Positions 25,443 through 35,980 of a stretch of DNA of 64,000 nucleotides are shown here, one piece after another. The DNA is taken from NCBI GenBank assembly GCA_026770705.1, contig JANJGN010000010.1, positions 67,208,001 to 67,272,000 of the forward strand, written 5' to 3'. A program made the translations under genes and the position numbers. This DNA is from Isurus oxyrinchus. Its lineage: Eukaryota. Under the pieces are notes generated by a model. It was not told the DNA's origin and ran no database searches. It saw only the letters and a program-made list of their open reading frames with translations. Each line of letters opens with the position of its first letter. The stretch's first letter is position 1.

Positions 25443-28192
25443 ATGCCTACCTCCTTGAAGAAGTTCTGTTCCTCTCTGCGACAAGATTTCCGTATCTCTC
25501 TATTGCCTAATTCACCTTTGCTTTCCATTTCCCTCCTGGTGTTTGATAAGGTGTTTACTAAAACCCGCTTTCACAGCCATATCTCCTTTCTCAGTGACTG
25601 TCTCCGTCTCCGACTTACCCCACGTGGATTTCAACTGAAATTCCACCCCTCATGTTTCGAACCCACCCAGGATTACCGGTATCTCCGGGACATAAAACGT
25701 TTCTCGGACTGCTGTTCCCGTCACATTCTGAAATCCACACTCAGTGCCATGCGCCGCCATATGAACACACTCGACCTCTCCCTCCAGCAGCACCGCCGTA
25801 CCCTTTTTCAAAGCTGCGCGTGCCCCCAGTTTCATTTTATCCTTCGGCTCATCCGACGCCTCAACAAGAAACTTTTTCTCTTTCTTTCAAGTGCTAAGGA
25901 ACACAAGCTCCAACAACTCATCGACACCATCACCCATCTAGGACCCTCCACCCCTGCCTGTCCCTCCGTCCCCACCCTTTCTTCCAATCCCAACCCCAGC
26001 CGTGTATTCACTATACCCCCTGACCTTCCCCTCTCCGATGCTGAACGTTCAGTGCTCAGCAAAGGACTTAGTTTCATACCCTTACGCCCTCACCTCAATG
26101 AATCTCGGGCTCTGCATGATACTGAACTCTTCTTCCACCGTCTTCGTCTCCGGGCTCACTTCTTTGGGCAGGAGTCCTCCCAGTTCAACGGATCCTTTTA
26201 CCCATCTCCAATATTCTCCCTCCACCTGGACCCCTCCCTCTGGATTCTTACCTTCTCTTGATCTTTTCATTGAGAACTGTCGACGCGACATTAGTCGTCT
26301 CAATTTCTCTGCTCCTCTCACCCATTCTAACCTGTCTCTCTGAACTTACTGCACTCCATTCTCTCAGGTCCAACCCTGACATTGTCATCAAACCCGCTGA
26401 CAAGGGTGGTGCTGTTGTTGTCTGGCGCACTGACCTCTACCTCGCGGAGGCTGAGCGTCAACTCGCAGACACTTCCTCCTACCTCTCCCTGGACCATGAC
26501 CCCACCACTGAACATCAAGCCATTGTTTCCAGGACTGTCACTGACCTCATCTCCTCTGGGGATCTCCCTCCCACAGCTTCCAACCTGATAGTCGCCCAAC
26601 CTCGGACGGCCCGCTTCTATCTCCTACCCAAAATCCACAAACAGAACTGCCCCGGTAGACCGATCGTCTCAGCTTGCTCCTGCCCCACAGAACTCATTTC
26701 TCGTTATCTTGACTCCCTTCTCTCTCCCCTTGTCCAGTCCCTTCCCACTTACATCCGTGATTCCTCTGACACCTTACGTCACATCAACAATTTCCAGTTC
26801 CCTGGCCCCAACCGCTTCGTCTTCACCATGGACGTCCAATCTCTCTACACCTCCATCCACCACCAGGTTGGTCTGAGGGCCCTTAGCTTCTTCCTCGAAC
26901 AGAGGCCCGAAAAATCCCCATCCACTACTACTCTCCTCCGTCTGGCTGAACTTGTTCTCACGCTGAACAATTTCTCCTTCAACTCCTCTCACTTCCTCCA
27001 AATAAAAGGTGTGGCTATGGGTACCCGCATGGGCCCCAGCTATGCCTGTCTCTTTATGGGGTATGTGGAACATTCCTTGTTGCAGTCCTACTCCGGCCCC
27101 CTTCCACAACTTTTTCTCCGGTACATCGATGATTACTTCGGTGCCGCTTCATGCTCTCGTCGGAACCTGGAAAAATGTATTAATTTTGCTTCCAATCTCC
27201 ACCCCTCCATCATTTTCACGTGGTCCATCTCTGACACTTCCCTTCCCTTCCTTGACCTCTCTGTCTCAATCTCTGGTGATAGACTGTCCACCAATATTCA
27301 TTACAAACCCACCGACTCCCACAGCTACCTCGACTACAGCTCCTCACACCCCGCTTCCTGTAAGGACTCCATCCCATTCTCCCAGTTCCTTCGCCTTTGT
27401 CGCATCTGTTCTGATGATGCTACCTTCAAAAACGGTTCCTCTGACATGTCCTCCTTCTTCCTTAACCGAGGTTTTCCACCCACGGTCGTTGACAGGGCCC
27501 TCAACCTTGTCCGGCCCATCTCCCGCGCATCCGCCCTCACGCCTTCTCCTCCCTCCCAGAAACATGATAGGGTCCCCCTTGTCCTCACTTATCACCCCAC
27601 CAGCCTCCGCATTCAAAGGATCATCCTCCGCCATTTCCGCCAACTCCAGCATGATGCCACCACCAAACACATCTTCCCTTCACCCCCCTTATCGGCATTC
27701 CGTAGGGATCGCTCCCTCCGGGACACCCTGGTCCACTCCTCCATCACCCCCTACTCCTCAACCCCCTCCTATGGCACCACCCCATGCCCACGCAAAAGAT
27801 GTAACACCTGCCCCTTCACTTCCTCTCTCCTCACCGTCCAAGGGCCCAAACACTCCTTTCAAGTGAAGCAGCATTTCACTTGCATTTCCCCCAACTTAGT
27901 CTACTGCATTCGTTGCTCCCAATGTGGTCTCCTCTACATTGGACAGACCAAACGTAAACTGGGCGACCGCTTTGCAGAACACCTGCGGTCTGTCCGCAAG
28001 AATGACCCAAACCTCCCTGTCGCTTGCCATTTTAACACTCCACCCTGCTCTCTTGCCCACATGTCTGTCCTTGGCTTGCTGCATTGTTCCAGTGAAGCCC
28101 AATGCAAACTGGAGGAACAACACCTCATCTTCCAACTAGGCACCTTACAGCCTTCCGGACTGAATATTGAATTCAACAACTTTAGGTCGTGA
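25443..28192 (+). pseudogene. PLE RT plus GIY-YIG endonuclease ORF, probably Neptune clade, with two frameshifts (~26180 and ~26340)
   Basis: LSKGLSFIP, KPADKGGAVVV, FYLLPKIHK, GRPIVS, MDVQSLYT, GVAMGTRMGPSYA, RYIDD, CPRKRCNTC linker, LVYCIRCSQCGLLYIGQT...RFAEH. Spread over ORFs 25419, 26002 and 26258. Confidence 0.92.
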
Positions 28193-28581
28193 GCTCCCTC
28201 CCCCATCCCCACCCCCTTTCTGTTTCCCCCTTCCTTTTTTTTCCAATAAATTATAAAGATTTTCCTTTTCCCATCTATTTCCATTCTAAAAAAAAACACC
28301 CCCACTAGAGCTATTCCTTGAGTGCCCTACCATCCATTCTTAATTAGCACATTCGTTTAGATAATATCACCAACTTTAACTTTAACACCTATGTGTTCTA
28401 TTGTACCATTGTCGTTGACATCTTTTGATGATTGCTTCTATGACTGCTTGTTTGTCCATACAACCACACCCCCAACCCCCCAACCCCCCCACAACCTCTC
28501 TCTCTCTTCTCTATCTCTCCGCCCACCACACACACACCTTAAACCAGCTTATATTTCAACTTTTTCTTGGACTCGAACTCA

Positions 28582-28620
28582 AGTTCTGTCGAAGGGTCAT
28601 GAGGACTCGAAACGTCAACT
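28582..28620 (+). ncRNA. Minimal type I hammerhead ribozyme motif in the PLE 3' region (core variant CUGUCGA), predicted cut after GUC at 28616
   Basis: Stem I AGTT/AACT, CTGTCGA, stem II GGGTC/GACTC, GAAA, palindromic ACGT in place of stem III. Copies at 23737-23775(-), 44136-44174(-), 46371-46409, 51822-51860, 58804-58842, 63011-63049(-). Confidence 0.75.
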
Positions 28621-28721
28621 CTTTTCTTCTCCGCCGATGCTGCCAGACCTGCTGAGTTTTTCCAGGTAATTCTGTTTTTGTTTTGGATTTCCAGCATCCG
28701 CAGTTTTTTTGTTTTTATGCA

Positions 28722-28728
28722 TACTAAC
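28722..28728 (+). promoter_or_regulatory. Probable splicing branch point (TACTAAC) for the TKFC exon at 28782
   Basis: Perfect U2 branch consensus. No AG dinucleotide lies between it and the acceptor AG at 28780-28781. Confidence 0.65.
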
Positions 28729-28781
28729 TTAATTGTTTTGCCTGGATCCCAATCTGCACTATGTTATGCCTTTTATCCTAG

Positions 28782-28871
28782 CTTGATTCACTGTGTCCTG
28801 CTGAGGAGGAGTTAAGTAAATTGACAGATGAAGATAGCAATGAACTGCAAGTGCTGGCTGAGGCTGTACAG
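28782..28871 (+). CDS. TKFC: TKFC penultimate exon: LDSLCPAEEELSKLTDEDSNELQVLAEAVQ
   Basis: ttttatcctag| acceptor and |gtaggg donor. LDSL completes the GDRTMLD motif. 90 nt, phase 0-0. Confidence 0.93.
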
Positions 28872-29564
28872 GTAGGGAACAATCAATACATGAGTGTGGG
28901 AGGAAAACATCAACTGGAGCTGTTGTTCCTGATCTCTATCCAGAAATGCTGCTGGTGCATGTGTACAACGATGACCAGTGAGGGCAGGATTGGACTGGAT
29001 ATTGATACCCTTCACATTTGACTAGCTTGTTAACACTCACTGTCTGAGGTAAAAGAAAAAGAATGATGACTTGGACCAAATATCTGACAAGGATTTCTGC
29101 TTTTGGAGCTGTGGGCCAGTAAAAATAATCTCAGCAGCTTCAAAAGAAGTTATGGAGTGTGCAATTTCTCTATCTTGCTAATGAACCCCTACTTGTTTAA
29201 TATTCTTTAGCATTGGATTAATATCCATGAGTACCCAACTCATACACTGGCAGAACACAATAATGGATTGCTTCTAGTAGCGTCCTGTAATATTCAGAAT
29301 TTTTTAAGCTTTGCTTCATGCCAAAATAAGTGACATGATTATCTCTGGTGTACATATGTCTAGCTCAAGGTTAATAATTATTTGGACATCGGTGCTCCAG
29401 TCAGAACTAAACACAGCACATGATGCAGGGGACCTAGCATTTGCTGCATGTGTTATAATGCAGGCTATGTTACACTGATCTCAGGACCAGAATGGCAATG
29501 TGGGTTGAGACTCCTTTGTGGGATTGAGGACTGTTGACATTTCATCTTCTGTCTCTGTTTCCAG

Positions 29565-29738
29565 AAAGCTGAAGCAGGTGCAGAAGCCACCAAGGATATG
29601 ATAGCAAAGGCAGGACGGGCAAGTTACATCTCTTCCGCTCAGCTCACCCGACCCGACCCAGGTGCCGTGGCCTGTGCTGCCATTTTGAAGGCCATCTTGA
29701 CAGCTCTTGAACAGCCTACTCCAGAAGGGCAGGAATAA
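29565..29738 (+). CDS. TKFC: TKFC last coding exon: [57 protein letters not shown]
   Basis: tctgtttccag| acceptor, GRASY and PDPGA motifs of DhaL, TAA at 29736-29738. Confidence 0.96.
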   Translation, partial: KAEAGAEATKDMIAKAGRASYISSAQLTRPDPGAVACAAILKAILTALEQPTPEGQE

Positions 29739-29899
29739 AGAGCTGCTTGAGGCAGGATAGTCTATCTTCTTGTTATATGTGTATGTTTTTTGCTTGAGCT
29801 CCTTAGCTCCAGTAACCCCTTATTATTGGCAGTAACTGTGCTGTAGGTGCTTGGAAAAAGCTGGAAATAGTATATTTGGAACTATTACAATATGTTAGT

Positions 29900-30480
29900 A
29901 TGTTCATTAGTTTACTTTCCTGTAATTCGCCAACACTCAATTTGCACCCCACACATGCTGATGGCTACTTTGCTCACTTTATGTTCACTGATATGGATGG
30001 TGCACTATCATTGTACACCCCGCAGTCACTAACAGTGTCTATACACCCAACACCTATTCATCTTTATTCTTTACACGCTATTACCCACAGTATACCATGC
30101 CTGTACTGATGCCAACTGTACGCCCAACACTTATTGATACACAATATGCACCATATACCTACTGTCCCTCAGTTGCAATCTATACCCCTGAAGTTCTTGT
30201 GCACTGCATACGTATTAGCACTCACTATGCCCATTGCACCCACTGACCCTCATTTACTCCTGCACTCACTGATTATGAGTGTGTGACTGATCAGTACTCT
30301 TTGTGCATCTTATGCAGATTCACAATCACTGTGCACCACTCTCACTGATATTCACTGTGCATCCTATACATAATACGCCTACTGAATACCCTGCACCCAT
30401 CATTACCTAACGTGGACGCTAAACCTGCAGTGTACTGACACTGATCGCTAATGCACATCCTACACCCACCAGTACCCATC
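29900..30480. repeat. Degenerate CA-rich tandem-like repeat in the putative TKFC 3' UTR
   Basis: Recurrent cactcactgat / ctgtgcaccc / actgat words. Confidence 0.45.
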
Positions 30481-30871
30481 TTCAATCAATATCAACCTCT
30501 CAACCTGAAAATTGATAACTAGCCCCAAAGAGATCAGTTTGTAATACAATTTGGAAAATGCAGATTCCTTTCAATTTTTTTAAGCATTTGAACACTTGAT
30601 TGTGATATGTTTGATTGGGGGATAACCATATCAACATCGAGCAACCCCCATTTATTTGTTACATCCATTTCAGACATCACCCAAAAAGACTGAAGCCAAG
30701 TGGTGATTATATGAAAGCTGATGCAGAAGGGTAAGAGGCCAAGATGAAGGGGAGATGAGGAGGTGGATGTCCAAGCAAATATTAATACACATATCAGAAC
30801 AAAGGACTGCAGAACTTTTGTAATCATTGATCGACTGTGAATTCCTTATCAGCAATGTAAAGATCATACTC

Positions 30872-30877
30872 AATAAA
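30872..30877 (+). terminator. Candidate TKFC polyadenylation signal AATAAA
   Basis: AATAAA about 1.1 kb after the stop, followed by a GT/T-rich stretch. Another AATAAA overlaps the stop codon. Confidence 0.3.
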
Positions 30878-31809
30878 GGTCCAAATGGTCATTGTTTAAT
30901 ATTTTTGTTGGCTCGCAGCTGTTCCTATCTACGCTATTATTTCTGAAAGGGGCACTTCAGGACTGGAGCTTCCTCAGGTAAATCCTTCAATTAATTATTT
31001 AAAAATAAACTTTGAAGAGTTTTGAAAGATATTATCAGAGGGAAGATAAACTTATGAAGGAGCTGACATGCTCAGAGTGTCAGAAACTGGTTTTAGAAAC
31101 TTGCCCTCTTGCCAAGGTTTACTTCCAAGCAGCTTCTTCCTCAGTTCATGACCCGTATGAATGCCCTCATCCTCGCGCATGCTGTTGCCCTTAACATAGC
31201 GGAGTAAATCTTTCCCTCAGAAGTCACATTCTCAATGCCGTGATCAGCCTTCTGCTAAAATTTGTAGGTGCAAGCTGCTAACTGAGGCTGCTGCCTCAAC
31301 CAGTAATTCTCTCAGTTACAAAATGTTGACTAAGGCCCTGATCAAAGCAGCTTTGGACATGAAAATATTGCTGAAATACAGCTTAATTTCAATCGTCAGC
31401 CACAACTGAGAAGGCATACAGACAGAGATCATTACTTGGGTAAGATATTGAAGGAAGACCTCCTCAAGTAAAACTTTCATGATGAAAGGCTCCGGCAGAT
31501 TTTCTTGCCCCCTCCTCCCATTCCAATGCTGGACAGAAGCACCATTCCCTAAAGTGGCTGACTAAGCTCAGGAGTGCCAGGATTTCACAGTCTGGGTGTA
31601 ACCTCAGCACATGCTTAAATACTGGCAGGGCTCAGTACCAGGAAGGTGGGACATAGCTATGTGTTGGACCTCCATGATCAGGAGCTGCTAGCTGTTGATA
31701 GAGATGTACAAATTGAGAGTTTACCAATAACATGCTTTGTGCACCCTAGAACCATTGATACCTAATGTGTATCCTACATTACCAATACCCATTGTGTACA
31801 TTATAACAT

Positions 31810-32400
31810 AAACAAGAAAAGTCCCATTTATATAGCACCTTTTTCATAGAGAAATGTTCCAAGGCATGTCACAGAGACACTCAGATAAAATGGGCACTTA
31901 GACAAAGAAGGAGATATTAGAAGTGGTGACTAAAAACATGTTCAAGAAGGTGGCTTTTAAGGAGGAAAGGCTGAGGTTACTGAAGGGAATCCTTGAGCTT
32001 GAAGTCTTAGTTGCTCAAGGCATGGGAGCCAATGGTAGGTCAAAAAGAGGAAGCATGTTTACAGGTCCAGAGTCAGAGGAATGGTTGAAGGGGGAGGCAG
32101 GTGGTTATGTCTGTGGAGGTTATTGAGGAATGGAGCAATGAGACCACAAAGGAACCGAAACATCATGTAAATCTTAAATGAGAGGAATTAGGGAACCAGA
32201 AGGCAATGCAGATGAGAAAAGACTGGGGTGATAAATTAGCATGATATGGCAGGGGATAAATTTCGGATGAGCCAAAGTTTATGGATTGTGGTGGATGTGA
32301 TGCCAGACTGTGGAACAGTCAAGTCTGCATGGATTAGGGTTTCTGAGGCAGGGAGCAAGGCGGACAGTGTTAGCAAGGTGAAAATGATTGTAAATTGCAC
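31810..32400 (-). mobile_element. L2-clade LINE 3' fragment
   Basis: catttatatagcaccttt...ccaaggca is the reverse complement of the L2 end seen at 16650-16710. Confidence 0.55.
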
Positions 32401-32900
32401 AGCAAGTATAATTATTAGAGAGCCATGGGGTATTCATGAGTGCAGGTGCTCTTTGTGATGGAGAGTGTATGTGGTCAGAAGCCCAGGTCAGGATGTCATA
32501 TTACGATTTGCATGTGAATTCCTGGAATATGTCCATATTTGCACGGAGCCACTCAAGCATCTTAGTAGGCCAGATCTTGCTCTGTTACATTGTTACAAGT
32601 CCAAAACAGGGACTTGCCCTTAGCATCCCTGTAATTTTAAAGAACTTGTTGGACTTGCACATTAATGGCCATTAAACTTGTCACGGAAAGTTAGGGATAA
32701 AACTTAATAGCATATTTTTTTAATGGCATCATAATGTTTAATACAATGCCAATCAACCTTTCTAGCTCAGAAGAGGAACAATTTAAATTGTTCAATCTTA
32801 TTCCTACATCTAGTAAATTATTGTTAGAGATTTTAAATTTTTAATTTGACTTTAATTCACCACCCACCCCTCATTGCTCCTCTTTCTTTCTCCATCCTAG

Positions 32901-33990
32901 AACTAAGCCAATTTTGAATCCACCTTATCACGTGGGATACAGGGTAATTTGATAAGGTGGATTCAAAATTGGCTTAGTTGTAAGAGGCAGAGGATGATGA
33001 CAGAAGGATGCTTTAGTGACTGGAAGCCGGTATCCAGTGGCGTACCACTATTATTTGTCATTTACATAAACGACATAGATGACTATGTGGGGGGTAGGAT
33101 TAGTAAGTTTGTGGATGACACAAAGATTGGCCGGGTGGTTAACAGTGAGGTTGAGTGTCTTGGGCTACAGGAAGACATAGATGGTCAAATGGACAGATAA
33201 GTGACAGATGGAATTTAACCCTGAAAAGTGTGAGGTGATACACTTTCGGCATGGCTCTTGAAAGTTCTGAGGAACAAAGGGACCTTGGCAAGTGTGTCCA
33301 TAGATCTCTGAAGGCAGAGGGGCACGTTAGTGGGGTGGTGAAAAGGGCACATGGGACACTTGCCTTTATCAGTCGAGGCATAGATTACCAAAGTAGGGAG
33401 GTCATGTTGGAGTTGTATAGAATCTTGGTGAGGCCACAGCTGGAGTACTGTGTGCAGTTCTGGTCACCACATTATGGGAAGGATGTGATTGCACTGGAGG
33501 GGGTGCAGAGGCGATTCACCAAGATGTTGCCTGGGATGAAACATTTAAATTATGAAGAGAGGTTGGATAGACGAGTTGTTTTCGTTGGAGCAGAGAAGAC
33601 TGAGGGGCGACCTGATCGAGGTGTACAAGATTATGAGGGGCATGGACAGGGTGGATAGGGAGCAGCTGTTCCCCTTAGCTGAAGGGTCAGTCAGGAGGGG
33701 ACATAAGTTCAAGGTGAGGGGCTGGAGATTTAGGGGGGATGTGAGGAAAAACTTTTTTACCCAGAAGGTGGTGACAGTCTGGAATGCACTGCCTGGGAGG
33801 GTGGTGGAGGTGGGTTGCCTCACATCCTTTAAAAAGTACCTGGATGAGCACTTGGCACGGCATAACATTCAAGGCTATAGGCCAAGTGCTGGTAAATGGG
33901 ATCAGGTAGATAGGTAGGTCAGGTGTTTATCACGTGTCGGTGCAGACTCGATGGGTCAAAGAGCCTCTTCTGTACTATGTTTCTGTGATC
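32901..33990 (+). mobile_element. 5'-truncated CR1 LINE with a 30-bp fold-back at its 5' junction, inserted in a probable MITE remnant
   Basis: WIQNWL...LFVIYIND...SKFVDDTK and LVRPQLEYCVQFWSP motifs, plus a CR1 3' UTR. Confidence 0.9.
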
Positions 33991-35292
33991 CTTAAATCCC
34001 ATTGGTTAAAGAGATGCACTGTTGGTCTTGACAATATCGATATAAGCTCATGCTTATAATCATGGCAGAAAAAAAATTTGAACTGAAGGATACAGGAAAA
34101 AAATCTAACAGCTTACAGCACTCCAGCAAGATCTACCACCCCCCCGCCACCCCCCCCCCCCCCATTAATTCCCTGGAAATGTGTCGATATTTGCAAGCAG
34201 TCCCCAGAAATGTGTTAGTATCTGTATGGGGTCTGCTAGAGTTACTTTTATTCTTTTGTGAGATGTGAATGTCACTGGCAAAGCCAGCATTTGTTGCCCA
34301 TCCCTAATTGCCCTTGAGAACGTGTTTTAGAGCTGCCTTCTTGAACTACTGTAGTCCATCTGGTATAGATACACTCACAATGCTTTTAGGAAGGGAGTTC
34401 CAGGTTTTTGATTCAGCAACTGAAGGAACAGTGATATAGTTCCAGGATAGGATGGTGTGTGGCTTGGAGGGAAATTCACAGGGCTTGGTGTTCTCATTTG
34501 TCTTCTTCACTTCAAGGTGGTAAATGTAGTGAATCTGGAAGATGCTGTAAAAGGAGGCTTGGTGAATTGCTGTATATGATAGACACTGCTGCTACTCTCC
34601 AGTGGTGAAGGGAGTGAATGAATGAGGTAGTGGATGGGATGCCAATCAAGTGCACTGCTTTGTTGTTGGTGGTTGAGCTTCTTGACTGACTTACACTCAT
34701 CCTGGCACGAGGAAAGTATTTGAACACAGTCCTGACTGTGCTCTGTAGATGATGGACAGACTTTGGGGAGACAGGAGGTAAGTTACCTGCTGCAGAATTC
34801 TAAACCCTTGACCTTTTGTAACCACAGTATCTATATGGCTGATCCAGTTCAGTTCCTGGTCAATGGTAACCCTGAGGATGTTGATAGTGGGGGATTCAGC
34901 AATGGTAATGTCATTGAATGTCAAGGGAAGATGGTTATACTCTCTCTCTTGTTGGAGGTAGCCATTGCCTGGCACGTGGTGGCCCAAATGTAATGTATCA
35001 TTTATCAGTGTAGATCTGATTTTTTTCTCTCAGTACTCAAGTCCTGAATGGTACTTAACAGTGTGCAATTATCAATAACATCTCCACTTCTGACCTTATG
35101 ATGCAGGGAAAGTCATTAATGAAACAGCTGAAGATGGTTGGGCCTAGCACATTACACTGAGGAACTCCTAGAGCGATGTCCTGAGCATGAGATAGTTGGC
35201 CTGCATCAACCACAACCATGTTCCTTTATGCTAGGTATGACTCCAACCAACAGAGAGTTTTCCCTGATTCCCATTGACTTGAATTTTAGAAG

Positions 35293-35980
35293 GATCTGAA
35301 TTTCACGCTCCGTCGCTGGTGGGTTTTTAGGCAGGCAGGGAGTGTGAAATTGAGGAATGAGATTCCCTCTGGCTTCCTGCCCACCCTGATGTTGCAGTGA
35401 TTTTACGCTGGGGTGAGCAAGGCCTCAGATGGGTCAGCCACCCTTGCTCCACTTGAGGCCCTTACACTTGAGGGCTTTTTCCTGCCCTGCCTCAAGTTTT
35501 AGGCCGGCAGAAGGATTTACCTGGCATGGAGGAAACCAGAAAAAGAACAGGCTTAGATCTCAGGTGGGAAGCTGGGATGTAGGCAGGGGTGGGGGGTGGT
35601 GGGGTGGGGATGCCTCCTTCAGAAGCACCCTTTTTAACTGCGGGCGCTCCCCCCCCCCCCCCCCCAAACCCTTGGTTCAGTGGTCGATGGACCTCCCTTT
35701 CCCCTCCCCCCGGCCTCTTCCCCCAACAGCCAGATCATTCCCTTAGCCACCCCAGGCCTTGTCTACCCTTCCTGCCCTGGGACCCCTTAAACTTACCTTC
35801 TTCTCCGGGACTTAGGCTTAAGCATCTTCCTGAAGTTCCTCTTCAGTCCACTGCAGCTCCTGTGAGGGACGGAAGTCCTCCCTGAGGCCAATTGATATTC
35901 ATTCAAGCATTAAATGGCTGCAGGGCACTAGGACTCAGCAGGGCAAGAAGGGAAACCCTGCAATCTGAAAAATTTAGACC
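35293..35980. mobile_element. Harbinger-type MITE
   Basis: Termini gatctgaatttc / gaaaaatttagacc; it interrupts the CR1. Confidence 0.55.

Larger units (their letters stand above)
23675..28717. mobile_element. Penelope-like retroelement insertion: inverted 3' arm (23675-25392, minus) plus near full-length copy (25393-28717, plus), 15-bp TSD
   Basis: TSD tgcatactaacttaa at 23660-23674 and 28718-28732. The left arm is the reverse complement of ~26966-28684. Confidence 0.95.

Noticed and set aside
24080-28305. Long alternative-frame and antisense ORFs (e.g. 24492-25484, 27009-27866, 24688-25014)
   Set aside because: They are shadows of the C-rich, stop-poor PLE coding strand. They have no recognisable motifs and are duplicated only because the element is.
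23675-28717. Long inverted termini read as a DNA transposon or foldback element
   Set aside because: The arms are PLE coding and 3' UTR sequence, and there is no transposase. Retrotransposition explains it.
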